This document shows positions 1-10,917 of a stretch of DNA of 64,000 bases, in pieces. The stretch covers positions 872,795-936,794 of the forward strand of contig JAYQJW010000002.1 in NCBI GenBank assembly GCA_038142325.1, read 5' to 3'. The notes beneath the pieces are model-generated. The model saw only the letters and a program-made list of their open reading frames with translations. It made no database searches and was not told the DNA's origin. The stretch is from Gammaproteobacteria bacterium (lineage in GTDB: Bacteria; Pseudomonadota; Gammaproteobacteria; GCA-002705445; GCA-002716945). The position numbers and the translations under genes were made by a program. Positions within the stretch are counted from its first letter, which is position 1; each line of letters starts with the position of its first letter.

Positions 1-786
1 ATACCAACAGCAACAGACATCGCCTTTTCGCTTGCAGTGTTATTGATAATTGGTAAAAATGTGCCGCTTAGTCTAAAAGTATTTTTATTATCTCTAGCTA
101 TCATTGATGATCTAGGAGCTGTTCTTATCATTGCTTTTTTCTACACAGCTCAAATTAGTGGAATTTATCTGATCTACTCATTAATAGTATTTTTCCTTTT
201 GATTCTAATTAATCGAATGGGTATAAACAAAATGTACGTCTACATGATTCTTGGTGTTTTCTTGTGGTACTTTGTCCTTAAATCTGGTGTACATGCAACT
301 ATAGCTGGGGTTCTACTGGCGACAACTATCCCAAACACGTCTAATAATGATTTAGAACATTCCATGTTGAAAGATTTAGAACATAAGCTTCATAACTTTG
401 TTGGAATTCTAGTTCTTCCTATCTTTGCATTTTTTAATAGCGATATTAATTTTGCAGATGTGACATTGAGTAGTGTTTATAGCCCTCTATCACTGGGTGT
501 AATCCTGGGATTACTTCTTGGAAAACCAATAGGTATCACGTTATTCACTTATGTTGGAATGAAAACGAATCTATTTAATTTACCTGAGAATGTCACAATC
601 AAAGATGTCTTTGGTCTTTCTCTTTTATGTGGAATTGGATTTACCATGAGTTTGTTTATTAACGGGCTTGCGTTTTCTGACCCCGTTTTGATTGATAGCA
701 GTAAATTAGGTATTTTTATTGGTTCAATGATATCTGCTGTTGCGGGTTATTTAATTTTAAAATCAAAATATCAGAAGAGTAACTAA
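1..786 (+). CDS. nhaA: Na+/H+ antiporter NhaA (5'-partial)
   Basis: Frame open from base 1: IPTATDIAF; LAIIDDLGA, KSGVHATIAGV, GKPIGI and LCGIGFTMSLFI motifs of NhaA. Confidence 0.96.
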   Translation: MPTATDIAFSLAVLLIIGKNVPLSLKVFLLSLAIIDDLGAVLIIAFFYTAQISGIYLIYSLIVFFLLILINRMGINKMYVYMILGVFLWYFVLKSGVHATIAGVLLATTIPNTSNNDLEHSMLKDLEHKLHNFVGILVLPIFAFFNSDINFADVTLSSVYSPLSLGVILGLLLGKPIGITLFTYVGMKTNLFNLPENVTIKDVFGLSLLCGIGFTMSLFINGLAFSDPVLIDSSKLGIFIGSMISAVAGYLILKSKYQKSN

Positions 787-1109
787 TCGGAAGTGCAATC
801 CATTGTAAGAGCTTCTGAAGCTCGAGTTGGAATTACATTCATAATATAGTTCTGTGAATCAAATTTAATTAGTAAATCAGGAGCTACTAATTCTATTGAG
901 TCTTTAGTTCTCTTGACCACTGCTAAATTCATATTATTTAATTTTTCATTATCTTTTTTTAAATCTAAAATGAATACAATTCGCTCTTCATAGTTGTAGC
1001 ATGTAAGCTTATCAGTCATGGTTCGTCCATCTGAAGCAAAAAGATATGAACTGAATAAAGCTGTTGTAATGAAAATAATAAATGCTCGAAGAGTAGACAT
1101 ATACTCCAC
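783..1109 (-). CDS. Hypothetical small secreted protein
   Basis: 108-aa ORF with a signal-peptide-like N-terminus (hydrophobic stretch ending LFA|S) and two Cys; fills the gap between nhaA and pmbA. Confidence 0.6.
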   Translation of the reverse strand: MEYMSTLRAFIIFITTALFSSYLFASDGRTMTDKLTCYNYEERIVFILDLKKDNEKLNNMNLAVVKRTKDSIELVAPDLLIKFDSQNYIMNVIPTRASEALTMDCTSD

Positions 1110-1144
1110 TATACACGTATTGATATTTTGTACAATTGGTATAA

Positions 1145-2479
1145 TTAGTTTCCGCCTATAGTCATTTCACTAATTAATAAAGAGCCGCATTTAATTTTTG
1201 AGTTTTCATAAACATCGCTTCCTATTGCTTCAATGTTTTTGAACATTTCACTCATATTAGAAGCGATAGTAAAATTTGTAACAGGGTTAGATATTTTTCC
1301 ATTCTTTATTAGATATCCAAATGCACCTCTTGAATATTCACCAGTTAGTATATTCGCCCCCGAACCCATCATTTCTGTAATCAATATTCCATCATCTAAA
1401 GAACTGATAATGTCTGTGTCTATTTTCTTTGACGATTGAATGTTTATATTTGAATATCCACTATTCGCAGTTGATTTGAGATTAAGTTGTTTTGCAGAGT
1501 ATGTATCTAACATGTATGTTTCAAGGATTCCATCGCTTACTAGAGACTTTTCATAAGTTTTTATCCCTTCAGAATCAAAAGGTCTGGTACCAAGACCCTC
1601 AGATATAGTTGGATCTTCAATGATACTTAAATGATCTGGGAAGATTTTATTACCTATGGAGTCAAGCAAGAAGCTATTTTTTTTATAGATATTATTTCCG
1701 TTGATTGCAGAAAGAAAAGATGAAAATAATCCAACCGATAATTCAGGGGTAAATATTACTGGACATTTTCTTGTCGAAATACTCTCAGCACCTAATCTGG
1801 ATAGTGCTTTTTGAGCACTTAGTTCGCCAATTGTTTTTGGATTTTCGGTTTTTTCAAAATTTCTTCTTGTAGTGTATGCATAATCTCTTTCCTTAAGATT
1901 ATTGTCTTCTGCAATAACAACACATGAAAGAGTATAACTTGTAGAGGAATATGAACCTGCTGCACCGTGAGAGTTTAGAATAAGATTATTAGATTGAGAA
2001 TAAGCATACTCACAACCTTCACTATTTTTAATCTTACTGTCATAATTAAGCGCGTATTTCTCACATTCAACTGTAAGATCAATCAATTCATCAGTAGTAA
2101 ACTCTTTTGGGAAATTAATGTCACAATCAATGTCTAAATCATTAATTAAATTTTCTTTTGGAAGACCTTGGTATTTATCAGGTTCTAAAAAAGATGCAAT
2201 AGTTTCACTTTTTTCAATAGTAGATTTAATGCTTTCATCAGATAAATTATTAGTACTTGCAATACCTTTTTTTTTATCATCAATACACGTAACCGTTAAT
2301 GATTCATCATTATGATATTGAATATTCTCTAAGGCACCAAAACGTGAGTTTACATCAGTTCCATATGCTGAACTTAAATGAAACTCGTATTCTTTTGATT
2401 TTGGTAGACTGTCCATAATATTTTTCAATTTGACAGACATTTCATTAAAATTATTTGACATACTATACTTCTGTTCCAC
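1145..2479 (-). CDS. pmbA: TldE/PmbA metalloprotease subunit
   Basis: PFDSEG, TGEYSRGAFG, FTIASN and C-terminal MTIGG; adjacent to tldD. Confidence 0.92.
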   Translation of the reverse strand: MEQKYSMSNNFNEMSVKLKNIMDSLPKSKEYEFHLSSAYGTDVNSRFGALENIQYHNDESLTVTCIDDKKKGIASTNNLSDESIKSTIEKSETIASFLEPDKYQGLPKENLINDLDIDCDINFPKEFTTDELIDLTVECEKYALNYDSKIKNSEGCEYAYSQSNNLILNSHGAAGSYSSTSYTLSCVVIAEDNNLKERDYAYTTRRNFEKTENPKTIGELSAQKALSRLGAESISTRKCPVIFTPELSVGLFSSFLSAINGNNIYKKNSFLLDSIGNKIFPDHLSIIEDPTISEGLGTRPFDSEGIKTYEKSLVSDGILETYMLDTYSAKQLNLKSTANSGYSNINIQSSKKIDTDIISSLDDGILITEMMGSGANILTGEYSRGAFGYLIKNGKISNPVTNFTIASNMSEMFKNIEAIGSDVYENSKIKCGSLLISEMTIGGN

Positions 2480-3893
2480 CTACTGTTATGTCATCAATTT
2501 TAAGTGTTGGTTGACCAACTCCAACTGGAACACTTTGTCCTTCTTTTCCGCATGTTCCTACGCCATCATCTAATTTCATGTCATTAGCAACCATTGATAC
2601 TTTCTTTAAAACATCTGGTCCATTGCCAATGAGTGTCATGCCCTTAATAGGATTAGAGACTTTACCGTCTTGAATCCTGTATGCCTCAGATGCAGTAAAA
2701 ACAAACTGCCCACTAGTTATATCAACTTGGCCTCCAGAAAAGTTAACAGCAAAAATTCCATCATCAACACTAGCAATAATTTCGTCTGCTGTTGAAGATC
2801 CACCTAGCATGTATGTGTTAGTCATGCGAGGCATTGGTAAATGTGCATAACTCTCTCTTCTTCCATTTCCTGTTGGTTTAACGTTCATGAGTTTTGCATT
2901 CATAAGATCTTGCATGTAACCTTTTAGAATTCCATTTTCAATAAGAATATTTTTAGAGGTTGGCGTTCCCTCATCATCAATTGATAATGATCCTCTTCTA
3001 TTATCAATTGTTCCATCATCTATCACGGTGCATAATTCTGATGCAACTTTTTCTCCAATTTGATCTGAGAAGTTTGATGTTTTTTTTCGATTAAAATCAC
3101 CTTCAAGCCCGTGTCCTACTGCTTCATGTAACAAAACTCCAGGCCATCCTGAGCCTAGAACAACGGTTGTATTTCCAGCTTTGCAAGGCTGAGAATTTAG
3201 GTTCACATCTGCTATACGTATAGCCTCATCGGATAGCTCAAAAGGTCTTTTCGTATTAAGTAAATTTGAGTAAGTATATCTTCCACCGCCACCAGCACTA
3301 CCTCTTTCTACGCGGTCACCTGATTTTAAAATTACCATAACATTAAATCTAACCAGTGGTCTTTCATCAAAACAATATTTTCCATAGGAGTTCGCAACAA
3401 AAATTGAATCATGACTTGAACTCAAATTAATGATGACTTGCTGCACTCGTTTATCTTTTTTCTTAATATAATTATCAATCTCTCTTAGGAATGTAACTTT
3501 TTCTTTATCAGTCAATGAGGTTATTGGAGACTCTGAAACATAAAGTCTCTTAAAATCATTTTCATGTTTTAAATTTATACTTTTCGTTTCTTTAGACTCA
3601 ACAATTGACTTTGATAATTTAGCTGCTTTAATTATCTCGCTGTAGTCAAAATTATTGCCATATGAAAAACCTGTAGTTTCATTACTTATCGCTCGTATGC
3701 CATAACCGCTATCAATGTGTTGTGATCCATTTTTAACTATCCCATCCTCGCATGTCCAACTTTCAACAGTTGAATACTGCATATAAATATCTGATAAATC
3801 TACGTTAGAACCCGATGATTCCGATAAAATAGTCTCAATATGATTATTGCTTAAATCATGACTAGGAAAAATATGTTCTTTAATTATGTTCAT
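2463..3893 (-). CDS. tldD: TldD metalloprotease subunit
   Basis: LLHEAVGHGLEGDFNRK, PRMTNTYM and CGKEGQSVPVGVGQPT motifs. Confidence 0.97.
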   Translation of the reverse strand: MNIIKEHIFPSHDLSNNHIETILSESSGSNVDLSDIYMQYSTVESWTCEDGIVKNGSQHIDSGYGIRAISNETTGFSYGNNFDYSEIIKAAKLSKSIVESKETKSINLKHENDFKRLYVSESPITSLTDKEKVTFLREIDNYIKKKDKRVQQVIINLSSSHDSIFVANSYGKYCFDERPLVRFNVMVILKSGDRVERGSAGGGGRYTYSNLLNTKRPFELSDEAIRIADVNLNSQPCKAGNTTVVLGSGWPGVLLHEAVGHGLEGDFNRKKTSNFSDQIGEKVASELCTVIDDGTIDNRRGSLSIDDEGTPTSKNILIENGILKGYMQDLMNAKLMNVKPTGNGRRESYAHLPMPRMTNTYMLGGSSTADEIIASVDDGIFAVNFSGGQVDITSGQFVFTASEAYRIQDGKVSNPIKGMTLIGNGPDVLKKVSMVANDMKLDDGVGTCGKEGQSVPVGVGQPTLKIDDITVGGTEV

Positions 3894-4711
3894 TTACTTT
3901 TCATTAATTTCATGTGGCTTAATACAGGAAAGTTTTCCCTAATTGATTTTAATTGAGCTAAATCAATTTCGCTAGTTATGAAACCCTTGCCTTTATCAAT
4001 GCATTCTAAGGTTTTACCCCAAGGACTAACAATAGTAGAGTGTCCATAAGTATTTTTTCCATTTATATGGTAACCTCCCTGACAAGAGGTTACAACATAA
4101 GATAAGTTTTCAATTGCCCTTGCTTTAATTAACGCTTCCCAATGAACTTTTCCTGTTTGTTCTGTAAATGAAGCTGGAAGAATTATTACTTCGATGCCTT
4201 TTTCTTGCTGAAGTCTAAAAAGCTCAGGGAATCTTAAATCATAACAGCAAGCTATTCCAGCTTTACCTATTGGTGTATCTATGACTTCAATTGTCTCTCC
4301 AGGCATAAAGTATTTTGACTCATTGTAGGATTCATTCGATTTGGGTAAAGTAACATCAAAGAGATGAATTTTATTATACACAGAAACTCTTTTCCCTTTA
4401 TCGTCATAAGTAATGGTGCTTGCCATAACTCTATTTTTATCAGATGACTTGATAGGGATTGTTCCAGACACTATCCATATTTTATATGTCTTTGCTAAAT
4501 CAGATATATAGGCTTGTATTGGTCCGTCATCTAAAATTTCAGAATGTTTCAAATAATCATTATCATTTTCTGGCATCAAAGCAAAGTTTTCTGGTAGTAC
4601 CACCATTTTAGAATCTTTACTTGCAATCTCTTCAATATAGTTTTTTACATCAAACAAATTAACCTTAATATTAGGTCCAGAATTCAACTGTATGGCAGAT
4701 ACTTTAGGCAT
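3890..4711 (-). CDS. Carbon-nitrogen hydrolase family protein (Nit1/deaminated-glutathione amidase-like)
   Basis: LPENF, YNKIHLFDV, CYDLRFPE and RAIEN motifs; usual position between yhdP and tldD. Confidence 0.93.
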   Translation of the reverse strand: MPKVSAIQLNSGPNIKVNLFDVKNYIEEIASKDSKMVVLPENFALMPENDNDYLKHSEILDDGPIQAYISDLAKTYKIWIVSGTIPIKSSDKNRVMASTITYDDKGKRVSVYNKIHLFDVTLPKSNESYNESKYFMPGETIEVIDTPIGKAGIACCYDLRFPELFRLQQEKGIEVIILPASFTEQTGKVHWEALIKARAIENLSYVVTSCQGGYHINGKNTYGHSTIVSPWGKTLECIDKGKGFITSEIDLAQLKSIRENFPVLSHMKLMKSK

Positions 4712-4725
4712 CCATTTAGAATATA

Positions 4726-7715
4726 TTAATTGAGGATAGGTTTAAATGATTGGGTTACTTTAATTTCAGGTTTTTCCCATGGTCCTTTGATGGAATACTC
4801 TATTCCTGCAAGCTTATTAGTGTCTAATCCGAATTCTTTAAGGAGTCTATCATAAAATATTGATGCGGCAGCGCCGATTGGACCACCAATAACTGCTCCA
4901 GTGACTAAACTTGTAGATGACAGATCAGGTATGAAAACTAATGTCTGATCGTGAGTTTGCTTTACCAAGTCCGACTGACCAGATAATCTCATTTCTCCAA
5001 AGCTACCAATAATTATCATTTTCTTTGTATCAGCTATTCCATTATTGAGTGTCACTTTTGAATTTAGATCATCGAATTTCAATCCTCTAGAAAAAAAATC
5101 CGAGAAATCTAAGGATAGCCTCTTAGGTATTGATGAGATGCTGAATAGTCCCAATACTTGTCCTAGGGCTTGCGTGCCTTTATCTAATTCATTTATTTGA
5201 CCATTAACAATTTTAAAATCAAGATCGCCATTAGTTGCTGCAAAACTAAAATCTTCTAATGAACCACTCCATCTTCCAACTAATTTAGCTGATAGAGTTC
5301 CTCCTTTAAGTGTTTTAGGATAACCAAGACCAGCAAGAGCTTGACCAAAGTTTTCACTTTTTATATCAGCAGATATCTCGGTAATCTCTTCATTTGATCT
5401 AAACCATTTACCTGAAGAATTCATTTCTAAATTTAAGTTCTTGAAGCTTAATTTATCAATAGAAATAAAATCTTTCTTTGGATTTAGTATTAAATGAACA
5501 TTATCTAAAACAATATCCGCAGTTTTAACATGCTTAGATTTAATATTAAGAGCTGGAAATGATTTACCTAAACCAGTACTACTCATGTATTTAGTATCAA
5601 TATATTCAAATGAACCAATTATTGAATCGATTGTTGTTTTTGTTAATCGGATATTTAAAAAAACCTCTTGCAAGTGGCGAGCGAATATTGGCGGTTATAT
5701 ATTTTTTATCTTTTTTTATTTTAAATGTATGCTGATCAAAAGTTAAAGTTACTGGGTAATCAGGTTTTGGGGAATGCTGGTATCTCAGTGAAAAGTTAGA
5801 TTTTTGTTCTTTTTGCTTATTGAACGGTTCAATAAGATTTATATTTAAACCCTTTAAATCACTTGTCACAAATGACGACAATTCATTCTTAGTATGATTG
5901 TAAGTTATCATAGATTTTATTTTAGTCTTACCTTCAATAATATTATCTATGTTGAATGACTTTGTGAGGATATCTGCATCTACAGTACCAAGTGATGAAA
6001 TAATCAGTTTATTTGATTCTTTGTTATTATTTGTAAGTATCTTGGAATTAAATATATTATCATTTACTGAAAGTTTAAAATCATTAGAAAAAATTAAATT
6101 TGATGAGGTAAAAAGATTTAGACTTGGTGAAGAAATATAGATATCGTCTGATTTATTGAAATAAATATTCGTTATGTGATTACTAGAGAATAATTTTTCT
6201 CCATGAATAAATATCTTGCTATTAATATCTCCTGAAAACTCAAATTCATTCATTTCTTTAATTGGATCCAATAAAGGCGCAATATTTTCTAAAGATGACG
6301 TCAGACTCAATTTTAGAGACAAGGATCTAGAAACTTTCCTACCACTAAAAGATAAAGTGTGTCCTTGATGATTTTTGATATCAGAACTACTAAAATAAAT
6401 TGACTTTCCTTTAGTCATAAATGAAACATCGCCAGAAATACCGTTCTGTAAAACAGAGCTATGGTTATTCAAAGATGAATCTTTTATCCTCAAAAATGCT
6501 TTACTTAGATTTCCATGGATATCTGCTTTGACTTTTTCTAAAGTATAATCATCTTCTAATTTCATGTTTAGATTCTCAATAGATAAACTGAAATAATCTA
6601 AGCTATTCATATTATTTATGTGAACTTGTGCATTGTTGATATTACTAGCCAGCAGTCCTTTATCAATATTAAGATTTTCTAAATTAAGTATCTCAAATAT
6701 CTCCCTGATGATTTCTCCATCAGCCTTTTCAATAAATAATTTAATATTGCCTTTGTCATCTTTATTAATTATCAGCTTATTATTTTTAGTTTCCTTATTA
6801 TTGATTATATAATTCGTTCGCATCAAACTCAGAGTTTCTGAACCATTATCATTTATATAGAGAACATCGCTATTAATGCTACTCAGATTAACTTTCGAGT
6901 TATTTAATTGAATATTAAGTCGGTCAGTAGAAATATTACCTGTGGCTTTAGTAATTTTATCATTCAATAATGTTAGCCAAACACGCATGGTCGCATTATC
7001 CGATTCAATTTTTGGGAAATAGGCAGGTAGTAGTGAATACGGAATACTTACAGAATTAGCACTAAGATATAATTTACTTCTTAGAGAGTTATTATCGTAA
7101 TCTCCTCTATAACGAAGAGTAATCGGATTTGAACTCGAAGAATGATAAAATATTGATGAAATATTAATATCTTTTTGTGAATAAGTTAGCTTAAGATTTT
7201 TGATTTCAAATAAAGCAGACTGCATTGTTTCAATGTTTGTAAAATTTACAGATGAGTCATTTAGTATAACTTCAGGTAAAAAATTATTTTCTAAATCAGC
7301 GGTACTTTTTATTTATAACTTTATTATTAATAATTATATTTTTTTTACTATGCTTTAAATCTATCTTTGTTTTGTTTAGTGTGACTTGATTAAAAATTAG
7401 TGTTTGATTTTTCAGCGTCTTAAGTGTATTTAGTTCAATTTCACTACTAGGAATAAACAGGGCGATATTTTTTTCACTATCTCGCAATGAAATATTTTGG
7501 ATATATATGACAGGAGTAAATCCTCGCCATTGAATATTGGTTGATTCAATATTATCATCAACCTCAAAAACAGTTTCGATATTAGATAAAATAGTATTAG
7601 CGAGCTTTTCACTCAGAGAAAACGAGTTTTCCGTATATATTTTAATTACAGAGAAAAGTAAAAGAATAATTAGAATTAAATTCGTGAAAGCTCTAATTAT
7701 CTTTGGCATTCTCAA
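4726..7715 (-). CDS. yhdP: YhdP (AsmA-like phospholipid transport protein), split into 3 ORFs by apparent frameshifts near 7308 and 5640
   Basis: N-terminal TM then WRGFTP; C-terminal AsmA2-type IPKRLSLDFSDFFSRGLKFD and YSIKGPWEKP; upstream of nitrilase-tldD. Confidence 0.85.
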
Positions 7716-8047
7716 ACCATTTGTTCGTTATTTATACTTTCGTCCCATAATTTTTCGAGAGAGTAAAATTCTCTTGCATCTGGATGCATTACGTGAACTA
7801 GCACGTCACCAAAATCTATGAGTACCCACTCAGATTTAGTATAACCCTCAATGCCAAGTGGTTTGACTTTTATCTTCTTAAGTTTCTTGATAATATTATC
7901 CGCAATAGATTTTACATGTCTAGTTGATCTACCAGACGCAATTATCATTGTATCAGTTACGGAAGACTTATCTTTGACATCTAGTTTAATTACATTTTCT
8001 GCTTTGTACTCTTCAAGTAGAAGGCTTATTTCATCATTAAGTATCAT
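7712..8047 (-). CDS. rsfS: Ribosome silencing factor RsfS
   Basis: IASGRSTRHV, WVLIDFGDVLVHVM and REFYSLEKLW. Confidence 0.96.
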   Translation of the reverse strand: MILNDEISLLLEEYKAENVIKLDVKDKSSVTDTMIIASGRSTRHVKSIADNIIKKLKKIKVKPLGIEGYTKSEWVLIDFGDVLVHVMHPDAREFYSLEKLWDESINNEQMV

Positions 8048-8674
8048 TTGTATAAACCTTTCTTTTTAATATATTCATAGACTTCATTACAGACATATTC
8101 TTGTATCGATTTATTTTCAAGAAGATTTTTTCTTACCATGGTAGATGAAATATCAATTTTATACTTAGCAGAGAAGTGTATTTTATTTGCTTCAGCTCTG
8201 TTAAACGAGTCAATATCCTTTTCGACGTATTTGTTCAATGCTTCTATGCTACCATATTTAGGGACATCGTTTCTAGCAAGAACAATTATATTAGCAATAA
8301 GTAATATCTGCTCATACTTAAACCAGTTATTGAAACCAGTGAAATTATCTTCTCCTATCAGTAATCTAATGCGTGAGTTACTAAATTTTTTTTTTAAAAT
8401 GCTGTACCGTGTCTATTGAAAAAGAAGGTCCTGATGAATTTATTTCATGCTCACTAACATCAAAAAAACTATACCTCTTGGTTGCATTTATTAACATTGC
8501 AACCCTATCGCTGCAAGTTGCTTTAAAGGTTTTACCTACAGGTGATGTACCAGTTGGGACAAATATTATTTTCTCGAGACTATAATCATCTTTGAGTTGA
8601 AGAGGAATATTAATGTGCGCTTCATGCACTGGATCAAAAGAGCCGAGGTATATTCCTATGTTGTTTTTTTTAAT
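8044..8674 (-). CDS. nadD: Nicotinate-nucleotide adenylyltransferase NadD (one frameshift in the T10 run at 8386-8395)
   Basis: GIYLGSFDPVHEAH, then LLIGEDNF..W after a 1-nt correction, then DISSTMVR; lies between proA and rsfS. Confidence 0.88.
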
Positions 8675-9935
8675 TTCTAATCACTCCTTTACTAGTGACA
8701 ACAAATTTTAAATTTGTGAGGCCGTCAAGACCAACTGGTCCTCTTGCATGGATTTTATCTGTGCTAATTCCAATCTCTGCTCCCATTCCATATTCGAAGC
8801 CATCTGCAAATCGTGTGGATGTGTTTATCATAACTGAACTTGAGTCAACCTCTCTTAAGAATTTTCTTTGGGATAATTTATTTTTTGTAATAATTGAATC
8901 AGTATGTTTACTACCATATTTTTCAATATGATTTATAGCCTCATTGATGTTATCTACAATTTTAACAGAGATAATCGGCTTCAGATATTCCTCGTACCAA
9001 TCTGACTCATTTGCTAAAACCGCTTTTTTAAAAATACTTTTAGTCGTTTTGCATCCTCTTATTTCCACACCTTGTTCACTCAAAGCATTTAATATTTTTA
9101 TAGTTTGAGAGTAAGGAAATTTCTTATGTATAATTAAAGACTCTGCTGCGTTACACACCCCATATCTTTGTGTTTTTGAATTAATGGTACAATCCATCGC
9201 AGTTTTGAATTCAGCATCAACATCAATATATACGTGACAATTACCATCTAAATGTTTTATTACAGGAATTTTAGACTCATGAGAAATTTTTTTAATAAGA
9301 TTCTTGCCTCCTCGAGGTATTATTACATCAATATATTGATCTTGTGATAGTAACTCACTAACAGCAGCTCTATCAGTAGTTTTTATCAACTGAACCATGT
9401 CTTTTGGTAAATTGCATTTTTTGAGAGAATCCATAATTATCTTTGAGAGTACTAAATTAGAGTTAATGGCTTCGCTACCTCCTCTCAATATTATACAGTT
9501 TCCAGATTTAATGGATAAACCTGCTGAATCAATAGTAACATTAGGTCTTGATTCATAAATCATTCCTATTACTCCAAGTGGGACTCTCATTTGTTCAACT
9601 GTAATGCCACTGGGTTGTTTAATCTTATTGGATGTTTTAAATAGAGTATCAGGTATAGATTTAATTTTTCGTAGACCATCAACCATTGATGAGATTCTTT
9701 TATTATTAATCAGTAGCCTATCAATAAGAGCATCAGACATTTTATTATTTTTAGCACTTTCAATATCTAGAGCATTTTTTTTAAAAATTTGAGTTTTGTT
9801 ATCTTTAAGCCCTGAAATAATTGTAGATAAAATTTTATTTCTATGGGTATTAGATAATGTTCTAGCAAATTTACTTGCCTTATATGAATTGATGCAAACC
9901 AGATTTACATATTTCTTTATTTGTAATTTATCCAT
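8670..9935 (-). CDS. proA: Gamma-glutamyl phosphate reductase
   Basis: VPLGVIGMIYESRPNVT, CNAAE, STRFADGFEYGMGAEIGIST and HARGPVGL. Confidence 0.97.
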   Translation of the reverse strand: MDKLQIKKYVNLVCINSYKASKFARTLSNTHRNKILSTIISGLKDNKTQIFKKNALDIESAKNNKMSDALIDRLLINNKRISSMVDGLRKIKSIPDTLFKTSNKIKQPSGITVEQMRVPLGVIGMIYESRPNVTIDSAGLSIKSGNCIILRGGSEAINSNLVLSKIIMDSLKKCNLPKDMVQLIKTTDRAAVSELLSQDQYIDVIIPRGGKNLIKKISHESKIPVIKHLDGNCHVYIDVDAEFKTAMDCTINSKTQRYGVCNAAESLIIHKKFPYSQTIKILNALSEQGVEIRGCKTTKSIFKKAVLANESDWYEEYLKPIISVKIVDNINEAINHIEKYGSKHTDSIITKNKLSQRKFLREVDSSSVMINTSTRFADGFEYGMGAEIGISTDKIHARGPVGLDGLTNLKFVVTSKGVIRN

Positions 9936-9937
9936 GA

Positions 9938-10891
9938 CTAACTTTTCATTAAATCTAAAAACATAGAGTTAAAAGATTCCCATGGATTAGACTTTTTAAG
10001 ATTGTACTTTGATTTAGCATCAAGTGTAGCAATATTATTTATTGCAGATAATATTTTTTCTGGAGAGAATTTTTTAGAGACCTGTAAATATTTATCTAAT
10101 AGGAATGATGGAATATATGGTCTATATTTTATTGGTTTAATTAATGAGTAAAGTTTTTCTAATTCAGAATTTAAAAGAAATATTATATATGACAAAGACG
10201 TATCATTTGATCTAAGATAGTTGCTAGCTCGAATGAACTCGAGAGTATTTCTACTTAAGAACATATCCACTAAATCATATTCAGAATACTTAGATCCCTC
10301 TTGTCCATGAATCAACTGATTGCTATTCATTAGACTTTGAATATATATATTCTGAGAGATTGATAAACTGTTATTAAAATTAGAATTCATAAGTTCTTCG
10401 AGATCAGAGTCGCTTATCTCTACCTGATTAACTTTACATTTGTTGAGAGACCATTGTTTGAGAACTTCATTTTTCAATTCAAATATTTCAATTATGCAAG
10501 CATATTGACTAATCTTTTTGTAAAAATTAGTTTTTTTAAATGATGATGCTTGCCGGTCTAATTTTAAGATAATTTTGTCATCAGTTGATATTTCAATCCA
10601 TGTCTCTATAAATCTTTTCATTTTAATAGAAATAGAATTCGATACTATATTCAAAATAATAATTTTATTCTCATTAAACAATGAATGTTCATTGAATAAA
10701 CTCTCAAGTTTTTGTATTTGGGAATCATCATCAACAACATAGTTCATCGATTTGTAGCCCAATTTTTGATAGAAGTTTAAAACATCATGCTCAATTTCAT
10801 TACTTATATTTCTCGGATTTCCGTGGATGAAGTATAGTGGTGATTCAGTAGAAAGTTGAGATTTTTTGAATTTAACGTAATCAAGTATCAT
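9938..10891 (-). CDS. holA: DNA polymerase III delta subunit (divergent); start probably ATG at 10891
   Basis: PLYFIHG near the N-terminus, SLF..K motif, ~320 aa, C-terminal LDAKSK..PW; upstream of proA-nadD as in many Proteobacteria. Confidence 0.7.
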   Translation of the reverse strand: MILDYVKFKKSQLSTESPLYFIHGNPRNISNEIEHDVLNFYQKLGYKSMNYVVDDDSQIQKLESLFNEHSLFNENKIIILNIVSNSISIKMKRFIETWIEISTDDKIILKLDRQASSFKKTNFYKKISQYACIIEIFELKNEVLKQWSLNKCKVNQVEISDSDLEELMNSNFNNSLSISQNIYIQSLMNSNQLIHGQEGSKYSEYDLVDMFLSRNTLEFIRASNYLRSNDTSLSYIIFLLNSELEKLYSLIKPIKYRPYIPSFLLDKYLQVSKKFSPEKILSAINNIATLDAKSKYNLKKSNPWESFNSMFLDLMKS

Positions 10892-10917
10892 ATACTCAAT
10901 TATACTATAGATCATTA

